Assembly (NCBI GenBank): GCA_963826785.1
Contig: CAWGYD010000009.1
Coordinates: forward strand, 24,773-88,772
Length of the DNA stretch: 64,000 nt
Reading direction: 5' to 3'
From: an uncultured delta proteobacterium
Lineage (GTDB): Bacteria > Desulfobacterota > Desulfobacteria > Desulfobacterales > Desulfosalsimonadaceae
Position numbers and translations under genes: made by a program. Positions 33,713 to 44,464 of this stretch are shown here, one piece after another (positions within the stretch are counted from its first letter, which is position 1; each line of letters starts with the position of its first letter). Under the pieces are notes generated by a model, which saw only the letters and a program-made list of their open reading frames with translations, was not told the origin of the DNA and did not search any database.

Positions 33713-33931
33713 TTACTCTGAGCCGGGCTTATACTTGAAGGAGAGTCTGACCGTTGCCCTGAAGAGCGCGACCTTTCCATCTTCGAGTTTCATGTCCAGA
33801 TCCTTGATTTCAGCAACCCGCGTATCCCTTAAAGACTTGGATGCGGTTTCCACGGCGGCTCTGGCGGCATCCTCCCAGGATGTGGCACTGGTCCCGACCA
33901 TTTCAATGAATTTGTACACACTGTCACTCAT
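33713..33931 (-). CDS. Dodecin family protein
   Basis: MSDSVYKFIEMVGTSATSWEDAA...LRDTRVAE...LSFKY; GGAGGGG RBS. Confidence 0.9.
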   Translation of the reverse strand: MSDSVYKFIEMVGTSATSWEDAARAAVETASKSLRDTRVAEIKDLDMKLEDGKVALFRATVRLSFKYKPGSE

Positions 33932-34111
33932 AATCCCCTCCTTGCATTTAGTTGGGTTTACAGCCGGCCCCTGCAAAAACACATCTGCAAAAGCCCCGGA
34001 TTCTTAAAGAGAAAAGCTCCGGTAAATTTACAGAAAGGGTAACCATCAGACGTTTTCATATCAAATAAGGCGGCACGCTTAGTCATAATAAGCATATGAT
34101 ATTCAATTGTT

Positions 34112-34129
34112 TTTTGAAATATTTCGCAA
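34112..34129. promoter_or_regulatory. Rex-like operator next to a TTGCAT-N17-TATATT promoter
   Basis: TTTTGAAATATTTCGCAA matches TTGTGAAATATTTCACAA at 16 of 18 positions. Confidence 0.45.
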
Positions 34130-34170
34130 GCCTTGCATTCACCGGAGCCTGTGCTTATATTCAGTGCACT

Positions 34171-35976
34171 ATGAAAACTGAAAATGAAAAAACACCCAAT
34201 CCGAACGAGATCGAAAAAGAGATCGGCGATTTTCTGAGCCGCAAATATGGAAACCAGGTCAAACTGGTGTCGCCGTTTGCCATGCCGGAGGAAAACCGCT
34301 CCGAAACAGATGATTTTTCCGCAAAGAAAGGGCGGGGTTTCAACACGGAATTAAAACCCGAGGAACTGATCGCCCATCTTGACCAGTATATCATCAAGCA
34401 GGATATGGCCAAAAAGATCCTGTCCACCAAAATCTGCACCCATTACAACCGCATCCGGCGCCGCGAACAGGGCCAGATCCCGGAAATCACCGGCAACATC
34501 AAGAACAACGTGCTGATGATCGGCCCCACGGGCGTGGGAAAGACCTACATGATCAAATTGATCGCCAAGAAGATCGGCGTCCCTTTCGTCAAGGGCGATG
34601 CCACCAAATTCAGCGAAACCGGATATGTGGGCGGGGATGTGGAAGACCTGGTGCGGGACCTGGTCCGCGAAGCCGACAACGACATCGAGGCGGCCCAGTG
34701 CGGCATCATCTACATCGATGAAATCGACAAAATTGCTTCCAGCCATAATCTGGTCGGCGCCGATGTGTCACGCACCGGTGTGCAGCGGGCGCTGCTCAAA
34801 CCCATGGAAGAAACGGACGTCGAGCTCAAAGTCCCCCATGATCCCATCTCCATGATCCAGGAAGTGGAGCAGTTCAGAAAGACCGGCAAGCGGGAAAAAC
34901 GCTCGGTCAACACGAAAAACATCCTGTTCATCATGAGCGGGGCTTTCGGGGAATTGCCGGAAATCATCCGAAAAAGAACCCAGTCCCAGGGGATCGGTTT
35001 CGGCGCCCAGATGAGCCGGCCGGCAGATAAATCCGAAATTTTAAAGGCCACCAAGGCGGAAGACCTGATCGCCTTCGGGTTCGAATCCGAATTCGTGGGG
35101 CGGCTGCCGGTAAAGGCCGTGTTTTCGGAACTCAAGGAAAACGATCTGCTCGAAATTCTTCGAAACCCGAATAACCCGGTGATCCTGAGCAAAAAACTCG
35201 ATTTTTCCACCTATGGGGTCGATATCAAATTCTCGGATGAAGCATTGAAGATGCTGGCCCGTAAAGCCTGCCAGGAGAATACCGGCGCGCGCGGACTGGT
35301 CAGCGTCATTGAAGAGGCATTGATGGATTTTGAAACCCACCTGCCCTCTTCCAGTATCCGGCACTTTCCGGTCACCCGTGAGGTGATCGATCATCCGGAA
35401 AAGACCCTTTCGGACTGGCTCAATGGCGGTGGGTCGGACCTTAGGGATGCGCAATACAACGGAATAATCGATGAGAATCAGAACTTCATCAGGGCCTTTC
35501 TGAAGCAGAATCGCAAAAACGTGGTGATCCAGTACGGCATGCCGCTGACCGATTATCGTATCGAGCGGATCGCCGAATACTACAGCTTCCATGTCACCGA
35601 AATCGGAAATGCCGTCAACCGGATCAAGGCCTATTATGACCGGATCAAAAAACTGGAAATCGATTTTTACAACAAACACGACATCAACATCGTTCTGGAA
35701 GAGGATGCCGTCGATTACCTCATGGACGGACTCATTGTCCGCTCAGCTGACGTCAAAGCCGTCTATGAGAAGATCGTGGCGGATTTTGAATTCGGACTGA
35801 AGCTGATCCAGGAGAAAACCGGCCGGAACCGGTTCTTCATCCCCCGGCAGGCACTGGATGAACCGGAAACATTCCTCAACCAGATCATCCGGAGTGAATT
35901 CAATAAAACCAACGGTGAAATCCCCTTTTCAATTAACCCCATCAATTATGATTCTTCTGGAAATAAACCACTTTAG
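34171..35976 (+). CDS. ClpX-like AAA+ ATPase lacking the N-terminal Zn-binding domain, with a long C-terminal extension
   Basis: GPTGVGKT, GYVG pore loop, IIYIDEIDK, IGF loop, GRLP, TGARGL. Confidence 0.85.
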   Translation: MKTENEKTPNPNEIEKEIGDFLSRKYGNQVKLVSPFAMPEENRSETDDFSAKKGRGFNTELKPEELIAHLDQYIIKQDMAKKILSTKICTHYNRIRRREQGQIPEITGNIKNNVLMIGPTGVGKTYMIKLIAKKIGVPFVKGDATKFSETGYVGGDVEDLVRDLVREADNDIEAAQCGIIYIDEIDKIASSHNLVGADVSRTGVQRALLKPMEETDVELKVPHDPISMIQEVEQFRKTGKREKRSVNTKNILFIMSGAFGELPEIIRKRTQSQGIGFGAQMSRPADKSEILKATKAEDLIAFGFESEFVGRLPVKAVFSELKENDLLEILRNPNNPVILSKKLDFSTYGVDIKFSDEALKMLARKACQENTGARGLVSVIEEALMDFETHLPSSSIRHFPVTREVIDHPEKTLSDWLNGGGSDLRDAQYNGIIDENQNFIRAFLKQNRKNVVIQYGMPLTDYRIERIAEYYSFHVTEIGNAVNRIKAYYDRIKKLEIDFYNKHDINIVLEEDAVDYLMDGLIVRSADVKAVYEKIVADFEFGLKLIQEKTGRNRFFIPRQALDEPETFLNQIIRSEFNKTNGEIPFSINPINYDSSGNKPL

Positions 35977-36110
35977 ATAGCCAATAGGGATTGACGGCAT
36001 CGAATTTGGTTGATACAGGATACATCTCGTGGTTGCGGCAAGAGCAGCTTTGCCGCAACTGTTCTGCCCCATGATCAACACGGGTGAATGCCCGAACGGA
36101 GTATACATTT

Positions 36111-37292
36111 ATGATCGGAATATCCAAACTCTATTGCGGCACGGTTGAACCCTCCGATGCCCTTCGCTACGGCCGCCAATCCAAGGAACTGCCTTCCCAC
36201 CTGCTTCAGTTTTCCGCAGACAAGAAGCCGGTGGTGGTGTGGAATATCACCCAGACCTGCAATCTCAAATGCGTTCATTGCTATGCCCATGCCAAGGCCC
36301 GGCAGCAGGACAACGAACTGAGCACCTTAGAAGGAAAGCGCGTCATCGATGACCTGGCCGATTTCGGCGCCCCGGTCATCCTGTTTTCCGGCGGCGAACC
36401 CCTGATGCGAAAGGACCTCCCCGAACTCGCCGCATATGCGGTGTCAAAGGGGATGCGGGCGGTTATCTCCACCAACGGAACGCTCATCGACGCGGACACC
36501 GCGCGCATGCTCAAGGATATCGGACTTTCATACGTGGGGATCAGCCTGGACGGGATGAAAGCCATCAACGACAAGTTCCGCGGGGTGGACGGGGCCTTTG
36601 AGGCCGCCCTCAGGGGAATCGACAACTGCCAGAACGCCGGCATCAAGGTGGGGCTGCGGTTCACCATCAACCGCTTCAACGCCGGAGAAGTCCCCGCCCT
36701 GTTTGATGTCCTGGAGGAGCGCGACGTCCCCCGCATCTGTTTTTACCACCTGGTATACGCCGGCAGGGGGTCGGGCCTGGTCAACGACGATCTCACCCAT
36801 GAGCAGACCCGAAAGACCGTGGACCTGATCATCGACCGGACCCTTCGCCTGCACGAGGCGGGCAAATCCAAGGAGGTGCTCACCGTGGACAACCATGCGG
36901 ACGGCCCCTACCTTTACCTTCGCATGCTCAGGGAAAACTCCCCCCGGGCAAAGGAAGTGCTGGAATTGCTCCAGATGAACGAGGGGAATAATTCCGGCCG
37001 GGGCATCGGCTGCATCTCCTGGGACGGTCGTGTGCATGCCGACCAGTTCTGGCGTCACGAGAGTTTCGGCAATGTCCGGCAGCGCCCTTTTTCAGAAATC
37101 TGGACCGACCTGTCCAATCCGCTGATGGAAAAACTAAAAGACAAGAAGCGCCATGTCACCGGCCGGTGCGCCAAATGCCGCTGGCTGGATATCTGCGGCG
37201 GCAATTTCCGCGTCCGGGCCGAAGCCGTCACCGGCGACCTGTGGGCCCCGGACCCGGCCTGTTACCTGTCGGATGAAGAAATCGCCAAATAA
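36111..37292 (+). CDS. ahbC: 12,18-didecarboxysiroheme deacetylase (radical SAM/SPASM)
   Basis: MIGISKLYCG...HLLQFS.DKKPVVVWN, CNLKCVHC; ahbC-hemB-ahbD synteny. Confidence 0.92.
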   Translation: MIGISKLYCGTVEPSDALRYGRQSKELPSHLLQFSADKKPVVVWNITQTCNLKCVHCYAHAKARQQDNELSTLEGKRVIDDLADFGAPVILFSGGEPLMRKDLPELAAYAVSKGMRAVISTNGTLIDADTARMLKDIGLSYVGISLDGMKAINDKFRGVDGAFEAALRGIDNCQNAGIKVGLRFTINRFNAGEVPALFDVLEERDVPRICFYHLVYAGRGSGLVNDDLTHEQTRKTVDLIIDRTLRLHEAGKSKEVLTVDNHADGPYLYLRMLRENSPRAKEVLELLQMNEGNNSGRGIGCISWDGRVHADQFWRHESFGNVRQRPFSEIWTDLSNPLMEKLKDKKRHVTGRCAKCRWLDICGGNFRVRAEAVTGDLWAPDPACYLSDEEIAK

Positions 37293-37304
37293 AGGATTCC
37301 GCCA

Positions 37305-38285
37305 ATGCAATTTCCTGAATATCGCGCCCGGCGCCTGAGGCAGAACAGCGGCTTCAGGCGGATGATCCGGGAAACCCGGCTTTCTCCGGACGACCTGATT
37401 CTCCCGGTATTTGCCGCGCCGGGTAAAAACGTGGAAAACCCGATTCCTTCCATGCCGGGCCACGCCCAGCTTTCCGTGGACAATCTGATCAAAAAGGTTC
37501 TCGAGGCCAAACGCCTGCGCATTCCCGCGGTGATGGTGTTCGGCATACCGGAGAAAAAGGATGCACTGGCCACCCGGGCGTATGCCAAAGACGGCATCGT
37601 CCAGCGGGCGGTAAAGGAAATCAAGAACAAGGTGCCGGACATGATCGTGATCACGGATGTGTGTCTGTGCCAATATATGGATCACGGCCACTGCGGTGTG
37701 GTGGAAAAAGGCGTTATCGCAAACGACGCATCCCTCGACCTTTTGGCCCGGACCGCGGTTTCCCATGCCGGCGCCGGTGCGGATATGGTGGCCCCGTCGG
37801 ACATGATGGACGGCCGGGTGGCGGTGATCCGGGAAGCCCTGGATGACGATGGCCATTTCAATACGCCCATCATGAGCTATGCCGTCAAATACTGTTCGGC
37901 CTATTACGGACCATTCCGGGAAGCCGCCCATTCCGCCCCGCAGTTCGGGGATCGGCGGACCTACCAGATGGACCCGGCAAACGCGCTGGAAGCCATCCGG
38001 GAGGCGACTTTAGATATCGAAGAAGGGGCCGACATCATCATGGTCAAGCCCGCCCTTCCCTACCTGGATATCATCTGCCGGCTGCGCGATGAGCTCGATC
38101 TTCCCCTGGCCGCCTACAACGTGAGCGGCGAATACGCCATGGTCAAGGCCGCGGCCGAAAACGGCTGGATCGACGGCGAAAAGGTCATGATGGAATCCTT
38201 GACCGGCATCAAAAGGGCCGGCGCGGATATGATCCTGACCTACTTCGCCCTGGAAGCGGCAACATTTCTGGAAGAAAACCGGTAA
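37305..38285 (+). CDS. hemB: Porphobilinogen synthase
   Basis: [39 protein letters not shown]. Confidence 0.98.
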   Translation: MQFPEYRARRLRQNSGFRRMIRETRLSPDDLILPVFAAPGKNVENPIPSMPGHAQLSVDNLIKKVLEAKRLRIPAVMVFGIPEKKDALATRAYAKDGIVQRAVKEIKNKVPDMIVITDVCLCQYMDHGHCGVVEKGVIANDASLDLLARTAVSHAGAGADMVAPSDMMDGRVAVIREALDDDGHFNTPIMSYAVKYCSAYYGPFREAAHSAPQFGDRRTYQMDPANALEAIREATLDIEEGADIIMVKPALPYLDIICRLRDELDLPLAAYNVSGEYAMVKAAAENGWIDGEKVMMESLTGIKRAGADMILTYFALEAATFLEENR

Positions 38286-38407
38286 AAAATAATTTTCTGA
38301 AATCACGGCTTCATGCTGCTTCGAGACCTTCGGGGGTAGAAACATTCCTCAATTTTGCCAAGAAGGCGAAGCACGCGAAGCGATGTACTGATAGGGAGCA
38401 AAATTCA

Positions 38408-39522
38408 TTGACTGAACCCGGCCACCCCCACTCGCACGGACATCCCGGAGCACCTGAAAACAAAGGCGAAAAATTTCCCCTGCGGCTGGTCGCCTGGGAA
38501 ACCACCCGGAACTGCAATCTAAGCTGCGTCCACTGCCGGGCGGCTGCCACCTGCGGCCCCTATACCGGTGAACTCGACACCGTCGCATCCCTTGCCCTGC
38601 TCGATGAAATCGCCCTGCTGGGGCGTCCCATCGTGATCCTGACCGGCGGCGAACCGCTGCTCCGGGAGGACATATTCAAGATTGCATCCCATGGCACCGA
38701 AAAGGGCCTGCGCATGGTAATGGCGCCCAACGGGACCCTGATCACCCCTGACATGGCCCGACGGATGGCGGAATCGGGAATTCAGCGGATCAGCGTCAGC
38801 CTGGACGGGGCCACCCGGGAGCGGCATGATGCCTTTCGCGGGGTGGACGGTGCATTTGAAGGCGCGCTGCGGGGAATTCATGCCGCCAAAGATGCCGGCA
38901 TCGAATTTCAGGTCAATACCACCATCACCAAACTCAATCACGACCAGATCCCCGAAATCCTGAAAATGGCGGAGCGTCTAGGGGCCGTGGCCCTGCACAT
39001 TTTCCTGCTGGTCCCCACCGGCCGGGGCAAATACATTATCGACAAGGAAATTTCAGCCCAGGAATACGAGGCCACCTTAAACTGGTTTTATGATCAGAAG
39101 GATAAGACGCCGCTTCAGCTCAAGGCCACCTGCGCCCCCCACTACTATCGCATCCTCCGGCAGCGGGCCCGTCAGGACGGCCGCTCCGTGACATTTGAAA
39201 GCCACGGCCTGGACGCGGTCACCCGGGGCTGCCTGGGGGGACGGGGTTCTGCTTCATTTCCCATACCGGCATCGTCCAGCCCTGCGGATTTCTGGACCTC
39301 AACTGCGGGGACGTGACCCGGACGCCGTTTTCACAAATCTGGCGCCAATCGGAAACTTTTGCGGCCCTGCGCGATTACAGCCGGCTGCAGGGCAAATGCG
39401 GTCTCTGCGAATTCAAATCCGTGTGCGGCGGCTGCAGGGCCCGGGCATACGAAGCCACCGGCGATTTTCTGGCCCAGGAGCCGCTGTGCGATTATCAACC
39501 GGGAAAAGGCCGACCGGAGTAG
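38408..39522 (+). CDS. ahbD: Heme b synthase (radical SAM/SPASM); one frameshift in the G run at 39235-39240
   Basis: LRLVAWETTRNCNLSCVHC, KATCAPHYYR; adding one G restores GCLGGTGFCFISHTGIVQPCG and joins the CGLCEFKSVCGGC tail. Confidence 0.9.
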
Positions 39523-39527
39523 CGGCA

Positions 39528-40160
39528 ATGGATGTCATACAGATCTATCTGCCCCGCATGGAAAATTTTGCCTACCTTGCGGCAGACCCGGCCTCTATGA
39601 CCTGCGCCGTCATCGACCCGGCCTTCGATCCGGAAAAAATCCTCAAAGAAGCCCGGAAATTGGGCTATCGCATCACCCATGTCATCAACACCCACGGCCA
39701 TATGGATCACACCGCGGGCAATGCCGCCATCATCGAGCAGACCGGGGCTACGCTTTGCATCCACCAGGCGGATGCCGATGCGGTATCCAAGTTTTTCAAC
39801 CGCACCGTTTCCCGGCTGCTGGGGGGCAAAGGGTCGCCGCCGCCGGGTCTGCTGCTTACCGACAATGACCGGATCCCCATCGGCCAGTCCGCGCTTCAGG
39901 TGATCCACACCCCCGGACACACATTAGGTTCCATCTGCCTCTATACCCCCGGCCACATCTTTACCGGCGACACCCTGTTCGTTGGGGCCGTCGGACGCAC
40001 CGACCTTGCCGGCGGATCCCACCGCCAACTCATAGAGTCCGTTAAAAACCGCATCTACACCCTTGCCGGCGATACCATCGTCTGGCCCGGCCATGACTAC
40101 GGCGACACCCCATCTTCCACCGTCGACATCCAGAGGCGCGAAAATCCGTTTACCCTGTAG
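39528..40160 (+). CDS. Metallo-beta-lactamase fold hydrolase (glyoxalase II-like)
   Basis: THGHMDH, HTPGHT, FTGDTLF, PGHDYG. Confidence 0.9.
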   Translation: MDVIQIYLPRMENFAYLAADPASMTCAVIDPAFDPEKILKEARKLGYRITHVINTHGHMDHTAGNAAIIEQTGATLCIHQADADAVSKFFNRTVSRLLGGKGSPPPGLLLTDNDRIPIGQSALQVIHTPGHTLGSICLYTPGHIFTGDTLFVGAVGRTDLAGGSHRQLIESVKNRIYTLAGDTIVWPGHDYGDTPSSTVDIQRRENPFTL

Positions 40161-40350
40161 ATTATTTGCGGTAAAGTGAATCACTTTCTGATAAGGAAAG
40201 TGGAAACAGATTTTTCCGGCGCACGCACCATCTGCTGACACCATCTAAAAAATTCATCCCGAAGAATTTTGCCTGGAAAAATCCCGCTGCCGGAAAAAAT
40301 TTAGTCACAGCCGTGTAAGCACCAATCACTTCTCATTCCAGATTGAACAG

Positions 40351-41370
40351 ATGATGGATACCGCAGCACTGACCCCGGAACAGATGGCCGGGCAACGGAT
40401 CATGGCCGGGTTTACCGGAACGGAATTTGACTCCGAATTGTCGTTTCTGATCGGCAGGCTGAACGTCGGCGGGATCATCCTGTTTGCCCGAAACATCGTC
40501 TCGCGCAGCCAGGTCCGCAGACTCTGCGATGACGCACAGGCCCATGCCCGTGCCTGCGGCCTGCCGCCGCTGTTTATTGCCGTGGACCAGGAAGGCGGAC
40601 CGGTGGCCCGGCTGCGGCCGCCCCAATTTTCCGACATGCCGGGTGCGGCCGATATCCGCACCGAAGCCGACGCACTTAACTGGGCGGCCTCCGCATCCAA
40701 AATGCTCATTGAAGCCGGGTTCAACATGAACATGGCCCCGGTGCTGGATATCGCACCCGAAGGATTTGACAGCATCATGGCCACCCGGGCGCTCGGCCCT
40801 GCCCCCCAAATCGTTGCCGAACTGGGAACACGGATGATTTCCGGCCTGCAGGAAAACGCCATTATGGCCGTGGCCAAGCATTTCCCGGGCATCGGGCGAA
40901 CCCGTCTCGACTCCCACCTGGATCTGCCGGAATCCGATATTTCCGAAAACGACCTTACCCGGTTTGACATGATCCCTTTCTATGCGGCCAAAAGGGCCGG
41001 GGTATGCGGCATGATGCTCTCCCACATTCTATACAGGCAAATCGACCCGGACTGGCCGGCAAGCCTGTCTGCTGAAATTACGAATCGCCTGCTTCGGGAA
41101 AAAGCGGGGTTCGGGGGCCTGGTCATCACCGATGACCTGGATATGGGGGCCATTAAAAACCACTATCCCATAGAGACCGTTATCGACCGGATTCTTGCCG
41201 CCGGCATCGATATCGCCCTGATCTGCCACACCCGGGCCGATATGGAAAACGCTTTTGACCGCATCATGAAACGTTGTGCCGATGATGCATCCATCCGGGC
41301 CGAATCTCTTGCCTGCACCGGCCGGATACTGAATGTAAAGGAAATCTTCTTATCCGCAAAACCGAAATGA
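40351..41370 (+). CDS. nagZ: Beta-N-acetylhexosaminidase (GH3)
   Basis: AVDQEGG, KHFPGIG...DSH, ITDDL. Confidence 0.9.
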   Translation: MMDTAALTPEQMAGQRIMAGFTGTEFDSELSFLIGRLNVGGIILFARNIVSRSQVRRLCDDAQAHARACGLPPLFIAVDQEGGPVARLRPPQFSDMPGAADIRTEADALNWAASASKMLIEAGFNMNMAPVLDIAPEGFDSIMATRALGPAPQIVAELGTRMISGLQENAIMAVAKHFPGIGRTRLDSHLDLPESDISENDLTRFDMIPFYAAKRAGVCGMMLSHILYRQIDPDWPASLSAEITNRLLREKAGFGGLVITDDLDMGAIKNHYPIETVIDRILAAGIDIALICHTRADMENAFDRIMKRCADDASIRAESLACTGRILNVKEIFLSAKPK

Positions 41371-41471
41371 ATTTCCTTGAAGGGACAAGCGATGATCTCT
41401 CTATTAGGTTCATTTCGCGTCTTTGCGGGGGAAAAACGTTTAAACCATCACATGAATGAGGGAGGGGAATA

Positions 41472-43031
41472 ATGAACCGGACGGAAATGTGCGCACGGAT
41501 TAAAAACATGGACCAGCCGTGGGATTTCGTGATCATCGGCGGAGGGGCCACCGGGCTGGGGTGCGCCATCGAGGCGGCATCCAGGGGATACCACACCCTG
41601 CTGCTGGAGCAGGAGGACTTTGCCAAGGGGACTTCCAGCCGGAGCACCAAGCTGGTCCACGGCGGGGTTCGCTATCTGCAGCAGGGAAATGTCTCACTGG
41701 TGCTCGAAGCCTTAAAAGAGCGCGGCCTGCTGAGGAAAAACGCCCCGCACCTGGTGCACAACCTCCAGTTCGTGGTGCCCAGCTTCGACTGGTGGGAGGG
41801 CCCCTTCTACGGCATCGGGCTGAAAATGTACGATCTGCTGGCCGGCAAGCACGGATTCGGACACTCCAAGTTCCTGTCCCAGGAAAAAACCATCAAACAC
41901 CTGCCCACCGTTGAGACCAAGGGCCTGCGGGGGGGGGTGGTCTACTCCGACGGGCAGTTCGATGATGCGCGCCTGGCCATCAACATGGCCCAGACCGCCG
42001 CGGACCAGTCCGCCACCGTGCTCAATTACATCAAGGTCGTAGGGCTGATCCGGGAAAATGATCTCATTGCCGGAGTCCTGGCCAGGGATACGGAAACCGG
42101 GGAGGAGTATGAAATCCGCAGTCGGGCGGTCATCAACGCCACCGGTGTGTTCACGGATGTGATCCGAAAGATGGATGATCCCAACGCTCCCAAGATGATC
42201 ACCCTGAGCCAGGGGGTGCATATCGTGCTGGACAAATCATTTCTCCCGGGCGAGAGCGCCATCATGGTCCCCCATACCGCCGACGGACGGGTGCTGTTCG
42301 CCACCCCCTGGCACGGCAAGGTGATCGTGGGCACCACCGATACCCCGGTGGACAAAATCGAACTGGAACCCAAGCCGCTGGAAGAAGAACTCGAATTCTT
42401 GATCTCCCATGCCGCCAAGTATTTGACGGAAGATCCCAACCCTTCGGACATCTTGAGCATGTTCGCCGGTCTGCGTCCCCTGGTGAGCCAGAACTCCGGG
42501 AGCAGCACCGCGGAAATTTCCCGGGACCACACGCTCCATATTTCCCGTTCCGGCCTGGTGACCATCACCGGCGGAAAGTGGACCACCTACCGCAAAATGG
42601 CCGAGGACACCCTGGACCAGGCCATACTGGTGGCCCGATTGGATGAAAAACCGTCGGTCACCAAGGATCTGCCCATTCACGGGTATCATAATCGGGCCGA
42701 AAAATTCGGGGACCTGGCCATTTACGGCTCGGATGCCACGGCCATCCAGGACCTGGTAAACGGCCGCGATGACTTGAAGGAAAAGCTGCATTCAAAGTTT
42801 TCCACCATGGCGGCCGAAGTCGTCTGGGCCGTGCGGCATGAAATGGCACGCAGCGTGGAGGATTTCCTGTCCCGCCGGACACGGGCCCTGCTGCTGGACG
42901 CCCGGGCCAGCATGGAAATGGCCCCGAAAGTGGCATCGCTCATGGCCTCCGAACTGGACCGTGACGATCAGTGGGCCGCACAGCAGGTAAATGATTATCA
43001 AAACCTGGCCAAAACGTATGTGATCGCATGA
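41472..43031 (+). CDS. glpD: FAD-dependent glycerol-3-phosphate dehydrogenase/oxidase
   Basis: IIGGGATG, GTSSRSTKLVHGGVRYL, GKWTTYR; GGAGG RBS. Confidence 0.9.
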   Translation: MNRTEMCARIKNMDQPWDFVIIGGGATGLGCAIEAASRGYHTLLLEQEDFAKGTSSRSTKLVHGGVRYLQQGNVSLVLEALKERGLLRKNAPHLVHNLQFVVPSFDWWEGPFYGIGLKMYDLLAGKHGFGHSKFLSQEKTIKHLPTVETKGLRGGVVYSDGQFDDARLAINMAQTAADQSATVLNYIKVVGLIRENDLIAGVLARDTETGEEYEIRSRAVINATGVFTDVIRKMDDPNAPKMITLSQGVHIVLDKSFLPGESAIMVPHTADGRVLFATPWHGKVIVGTTDTPVDKIELEPKPLEEELEFLISHAAKYLTEDPNPSDILSMFAGLRPLVSQNSGSSTAEISRDHTLHISRSGLVTITGGKWTTYRKMAEDTLDQAILVARLDEKPSVTKDLPIHGYHNRAEKFGDLAIYGSDATAIQDLVNGRDDLKEKLHSKFSTMAAEVVWAVRHEMARSVEDFLSRRTRALLLDARASMEMAPKVASLMASELDRDDQWAAQQVNDYQNLAKTYVIA

Positions 43032-43101
43032 TCACCCCGGCCGCAGCGCTTGTACGGATTTGGAAAAAAGCGTTGGGTTTGACTTGATGTGAAAACACGC
43101 T

Positions 43102-43150
43102 TTCTCCCGCAAGGTCATCAAAAACGATGTTTTGCGTCCTTGCGGGAGAA
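43102..43150. repeat. Inverted repeat (REP-like or terminator) after glpD
   Basis: TTCTCCCGCAAGG ... CCTTGCGGGAGAA, perfect 13-bp arms. Confidence 0.6.
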
Positions 43151-43199
43151 GGGTTGTGGAGACAAAAGCAAATGGGGAGAATCAGGCCGCTTGCCGATG

Positions 43200-43478
43200 T
43201 TATCGCTCGATGGCGCCAAGCTTCAGGGGTAGCCACCAGGTAAAACCGAATATCAGGGTGTTTGCAATGGTCCGCTCCAGTGCGACCCCTTTTTCTTTTC
43301 CGATGGGGAGTGAAAATTGAAGTTCCAGGGGATGCAAAATGCCCCACCCTAGCAGGATCACCCACCAGAGGGTCCGGACAGCGCCGGGCTCGAAGGGAAA
43401 CAGCAGGCCGAACAACGCAAATCCCCAGCCGGCAACGCTGCCCGCCATCATGAATTTCCAGAACGCCTCGTTTTTCAT
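43200..43478 (-). CDS. Small integral membrane protein (DUF1145-like)
   Basis: Hydrophobic 92 aa with LHPLE and LIFGFTWW; GGGAGG RBS. Confidence 0.65.
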   Translation of the reverse strand: MKNEAFWKFMMAGSVAGWGFALFGLLFPFEPGAVRTLWWVILLGWGILHPLELQFSLPIGKEKGVALERTIANTLIFGFTWWLPLKLGAIER

Positions 43479-43593
43479 CTTCGCCTCCCTTTTCAGCAGT
43501 GAAGTGCAAACCCGATTTTTTGCAAGATGAACAAGAATTTATTTCTGTTCGCCAGATTAATCGAAGCGGTTTGACCTGTCAAGATAGGATGCG

Positions 43594-44433
43594 CTACCGG
43601 CGCTGTGCCCGGATCACGTGGCTGTACTTGATAATGGCGACGAAGATGACCCCTCCTGCGGCATTTCCCAGGGTCATCCAGAGCAGGGTGAATAAATATT
43701 GCGCAAGGGAGACATCGAGTCCGAGATATACTGCCGGGAGGATTTCCACCGATCCGGCGATGGAATGATGAAGGCCGCCCAGGCCGATGGCGAAGGTGAT
43801 CAGCCACACGAACAGCACCTGGCTGATGGTGTCTCTTCCGGCCGTTACCAGCCACGAGAGAAGGCCCATCAGCCATCCGGCCAGAATTCCGCTCAGGAAT
43901 ATGGTCGACCCGGTATGGTGAACCAGCCCGGCGGCCAGCTGCCGGAATGCCTCAGGTGTCACATCGCCGATGGCCGGACTGACGAACGCCAGGATAAGTG
44001 AAAAAAGGCAGGCTCCCAGGAGGTTGGAAAAGTAGATGATGATCCAGAGGCGCAGCAGGGAAAAAAGAGACTTGCGGCGATCCAGGACCGGCAGGACCGC
44101 AAGCGTGGTATGTTCGGTAAACAGTTCCGAGCGGCCGAAAATCACCAGGACGAAGCCGATGGGGTACATGTTGGCGGTCAGCAGTTTTACGATGGGATGC
44201 GGGACCAGCCCCTCGGTGAGGGTGATCATCACCGCCATTAAAAATACACTGAAACCCAGGTCGAGGCCGGCAGACAGACCGGAGAGGAACAATCCGGAAA
44301 CCGGACGGTCGATTTCCGTCATCCCCTGCATGATTTCCTGGATCAGGATTTCCTGGTAGGACTTTTTGGCTTCGGGTTCACAGCCGCCGTCGGCGGTTTT
44401 GGTTTTGCCCTGATTATCGGTCAGCTGATTCAT
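43594..44433 (-). CDS. Formate/nitrite transporter family protein (YfdC-like)
   Basis: SGLSAGL, SELFTEHT, NLLGA, HSIAG, LGNAAGG. Confidence 0.88.
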   Translation of the reverse strand: MNQLTDNQGKTKTADGGCEPEAKKSYQEILIQEIMQGMTEIDRPVSGLFLSGLSAGLDLGFSVFLMAVMITLTEGLVPHPIVKLLTANMYPIGFVLVIFGRSELFTEHTTLAVLPVLDRRKSLFSLLRLWIIIYFSNLLGACLFSLILAFVSPAIGDVTPEAFRQLAAGLVHHTGSTIFLSGILAGWLMGLLSWLVTAGRDTISQVLFVWLITFAIGLGGLHHSIAGSVEILPAVYLGLDVSLAQYLFTLLWMTLGNAAGGVIFVAIIKYSHVIRAQRR

Positions 44434-44464
44434 CGATGAATCATTCCGGATGCAACTCCATTGA

